From: Bacteroidaceae bacterium
GTDB taxonomy: Bacteria > Bacteroidota > Bacteroidia > Bacteroidales > Bacteroidaceae
Length of the DNA stretch: 64,000 nucleotides
Assembly: GCA_017541025.1 (NCBI GenBank)
Contig: JAFXZY010000008.1
Location: 44,535-108,534, forward strand
Direction of reading: 5' to 3'
Part shown: positions 62,713 through 64,000 of the stretch, piece by piece
How the letters are laid out: each line of letters begins with the position of its first letter
Position numbering within the stretch: position 1 is the stretch's first letter
Translations under genes and position numbers: made by a program
The notes under the pieces: model-generated
Databases searched by the model: none
What the model was told of the DNA's origin: nothing
Seen by the model: only the letters and a program-made list of their open reading frames with translations

Positions 62713-63554
62713 AAAAGGTTGCAATCGTGACTGGTGCCAATGGTGGCATGGGTTATGAGGAAGCTAAGGAAGCTTTACTACAAGGCTACCATACCGTAAT
62801 GGCCTGCTACTGTCCCAGTAGGTCGGAAGCCCGACGCCAGCAGATGATCGAAGAAACCGGCTGTACAGATGTGGAAATCATAGCTCTGGATTTATCCAAC
62901 CTACAGAGCGTTCGCAACTTTGCAGACCAGATAAAGGAAAAGTTCGGCCACGTAGATGTGCTGATGAACAATGCAGGAACCTTGGAGACCGGGCTCCACA
63001 CTACAGTAGATGGGTTGGAGCGCACCGTCGCCGTAAACTATGTTGGGCCCTATCTGCTGACCCGGCTACTGGTCCCCTTAATGGGAAAAGGGAGCAGGAT
63101 TGTGAACATGTCCTCCTGCTCCTACGTCTTAGGCAAACTAAAGTTCCCTGAGTTCTTTACCAAAGGAAGGAAAGGCTTCTGGCAGCGAATCTTGGTTTAC
63201 AGTAACTCTAAACTGGCTTTCACCCTTTTCTCTTTAAATCTGGCAAAGCGTATAAAAGGACAGGGTATTACCGTAAATGCTGCTGACCCAGGTGTGGTGA
63301 ACACAAAAATCATCCACCTGCAGCACAAATTGCTCGACCCCATTGCCGACCTCTTCTTCCGCCCCCTTATCCGCACACCAAGACAAGGAGCCGACACAGC
63401 CATTCATCTGATGTTTGACGAAGATAAGGAAGGGCAGACGGGCACATTCTGCCGATCAAACAAGATTGTAAAATTAGGCGACAAATACGTCCATCATAAG
63501 CAAATGCAAGAACTGTGGGACGAAACAGAAAAACTTGTGCAGAAGTTCTTGTAA
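62709..63554 (+). CDS. Short-chain dehydrogenase/reductase (SDR)
   Basis: VAIVTGANGGMG (TGxxxGxG), MNNAG, and a catalytic S...YSNSK. The start overlaps the OYE stop (ATGA). Confidence 0.85.
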   Translation: MKKVAIVTGANGGMGYEEAKEALLQGYHTVMACYCPSRSEARRQQMIEETGCTDVEIIALDLSNLQSVRNFADQIKEKFGHVDVLMNNAGTLETGLHTTVDGLERTVAVNYVGPYLLTRLLVPLMGKGSRIVNMSSCSYVLGKLKFPEFFTKGRKGFWQRILVYSNSKLAFTLFSLNLAKRIKGQGITVNAADPGVVNTKIIHLQHKLLDPIADLFFRPLIRTPRQGADTAIHLMFDEDKEGQTGTFCRSNKIVKLGDKYVHHKQMQELWDETEKLVQKFL

Positions 63555-63606
63555 GAATTCTTTGAAAAAAAAGCATAAAAACTTTTGTAGCAAATTATAA
63601 TTGCCT

Positions 63607-63614
63607 TATATTTG
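63607..63614 (+). promoter_or_regulatory. Bacteroidetes -7 box (TATATTTG)
   Basis: Matches TAnnTTTG, 28 nt upstream of the ATG at 63642. Confidence 0.4.
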
Positions 63615-63641
63615 CAACCCGAATAGAAAGGTTAGCAAAAC

Positions 63642-64000
63642 ATGGATGCAAAAGAATCACTTATAAAAATCATAAAGGCTCTATTAGAAATAGGACAGTC
63701 TGTCCCACGTCAAATTCTCATTGATTATCTGGCAGGTAAAGAAAGCCGGGAAATAGAGGAACTTGGCTTGTATGACAACGACACATACGGCATAGGAGAT
63801 GCTCATGATGAAGACTATTGGATGGCAGTTATAGATAAAGCATTTGAACGCGGATATCTGAAACTTAAACCAGCCAAGAGCAATAAACTCGCCCCAACGA
63901 AAGAAGGAAAGAAGTTTGTGAAAAAACCAGGATCCTTCATAATTGATGACGAAGAAGAGGCTACAGACGAGAATCTTACCGGATTAGAAGATCTGGAAGA
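63642..64000 (+). CDS. RQC-like winged-helix domain protein (RecQ C-terminal-like), 3' end beyond the window
   Basis: Not in the ORF track because it is open at the window edge. Translation: MDAKESLIKIIKALLEIGQSVPRQILIDYLAGKESREIEELGLYDNDTYGIGDAHDEDYWMAVIDKAFERGYLKLKP... It resembles the RQC pattern (iL.G....l...gl....yG.g......W...i..l...gyL). Confidence 0.45.
   Translation, partial: MDAKESLIKIIKALLEIGQSVPRQILIDYLAGKESREIEELGLYDNDTYGIGDAHDEDYWMAVIDKAFERGYLKLKPAKSNKLAPTKEGKKFVKKPGSFIIDDEEEATDENLTGLEDLE

Overview
This is a dense 64-kb chromosomal segment with about 50 protein genes and 1 tRNA. It has no rRNA, no CRISPR array and no transposase, integrase or phage genes. It reads as a Bacteroidales genome, probably Prevotellaceae. 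The evidence is Bacteroidetes-type TAnnTTTG -7 boxes before many genes, a GldH lipoprotein, a T9SS C-terminal sorting tail, many SPII lipoproteins and five glycoside hydrolases. The housekeeping blocks are parC; typA-antiporter-metF-holB-PSP1(ricT)-gldH; rodA-mrdA-mreD-mreC-mreB; and an O-acetylhomoserine sulfhydrylase. Six things stand out. (1) An ECF sigma factor is paired with a FecR-type anti-sigma whose periplasmic part is a GLUG beta-helix rather than the usual transducer-contacting domain. It is followed by a tRNA(CAU) with a non-canonical T-loop and a 1564-aa T9SS cargo protein (metallophosphoesterase plus 4 LamG-like modules). (2) An AraC-headed operon encodes four consecutive lipoproteins (CsgG-like channel, unknown, DUF4810-like, DUF799-like) with no curli subunits, and it abuts a GH2 gene. 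(3) A steroid 5-alpha-reductase / Old-Yellow-Enzyme / SDR trio resembles the gut-Bacteroidota isoalloLCA bile-acid cluster. (4) There are two interspersed repeat families. GC-rich palindromic REP/BIME-like pairs sit between same-strand genes and are translated into ORF termini. AT-rich tandem word modules sit at gene ends, and one of them forms the premature end of a purH reduced to its IMP-cyclohydrolase domain. (5) A REC-Fis response regulator and histidine kinase are divergent from a TolC-HlyD-MacB-type efflux operon, with a perfect tandem 20-bp palindromic operator and an apparently GC-rich mosaic permease. (6) A promoter-to-terminator interval of about 190 nt is a candidate sRNA. All functional calls come from reading motifs in the translations; no database search or computation was possible. 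Several ORF-track starts use TTG or GTG, and I re-set them to the likely ATG where noted.
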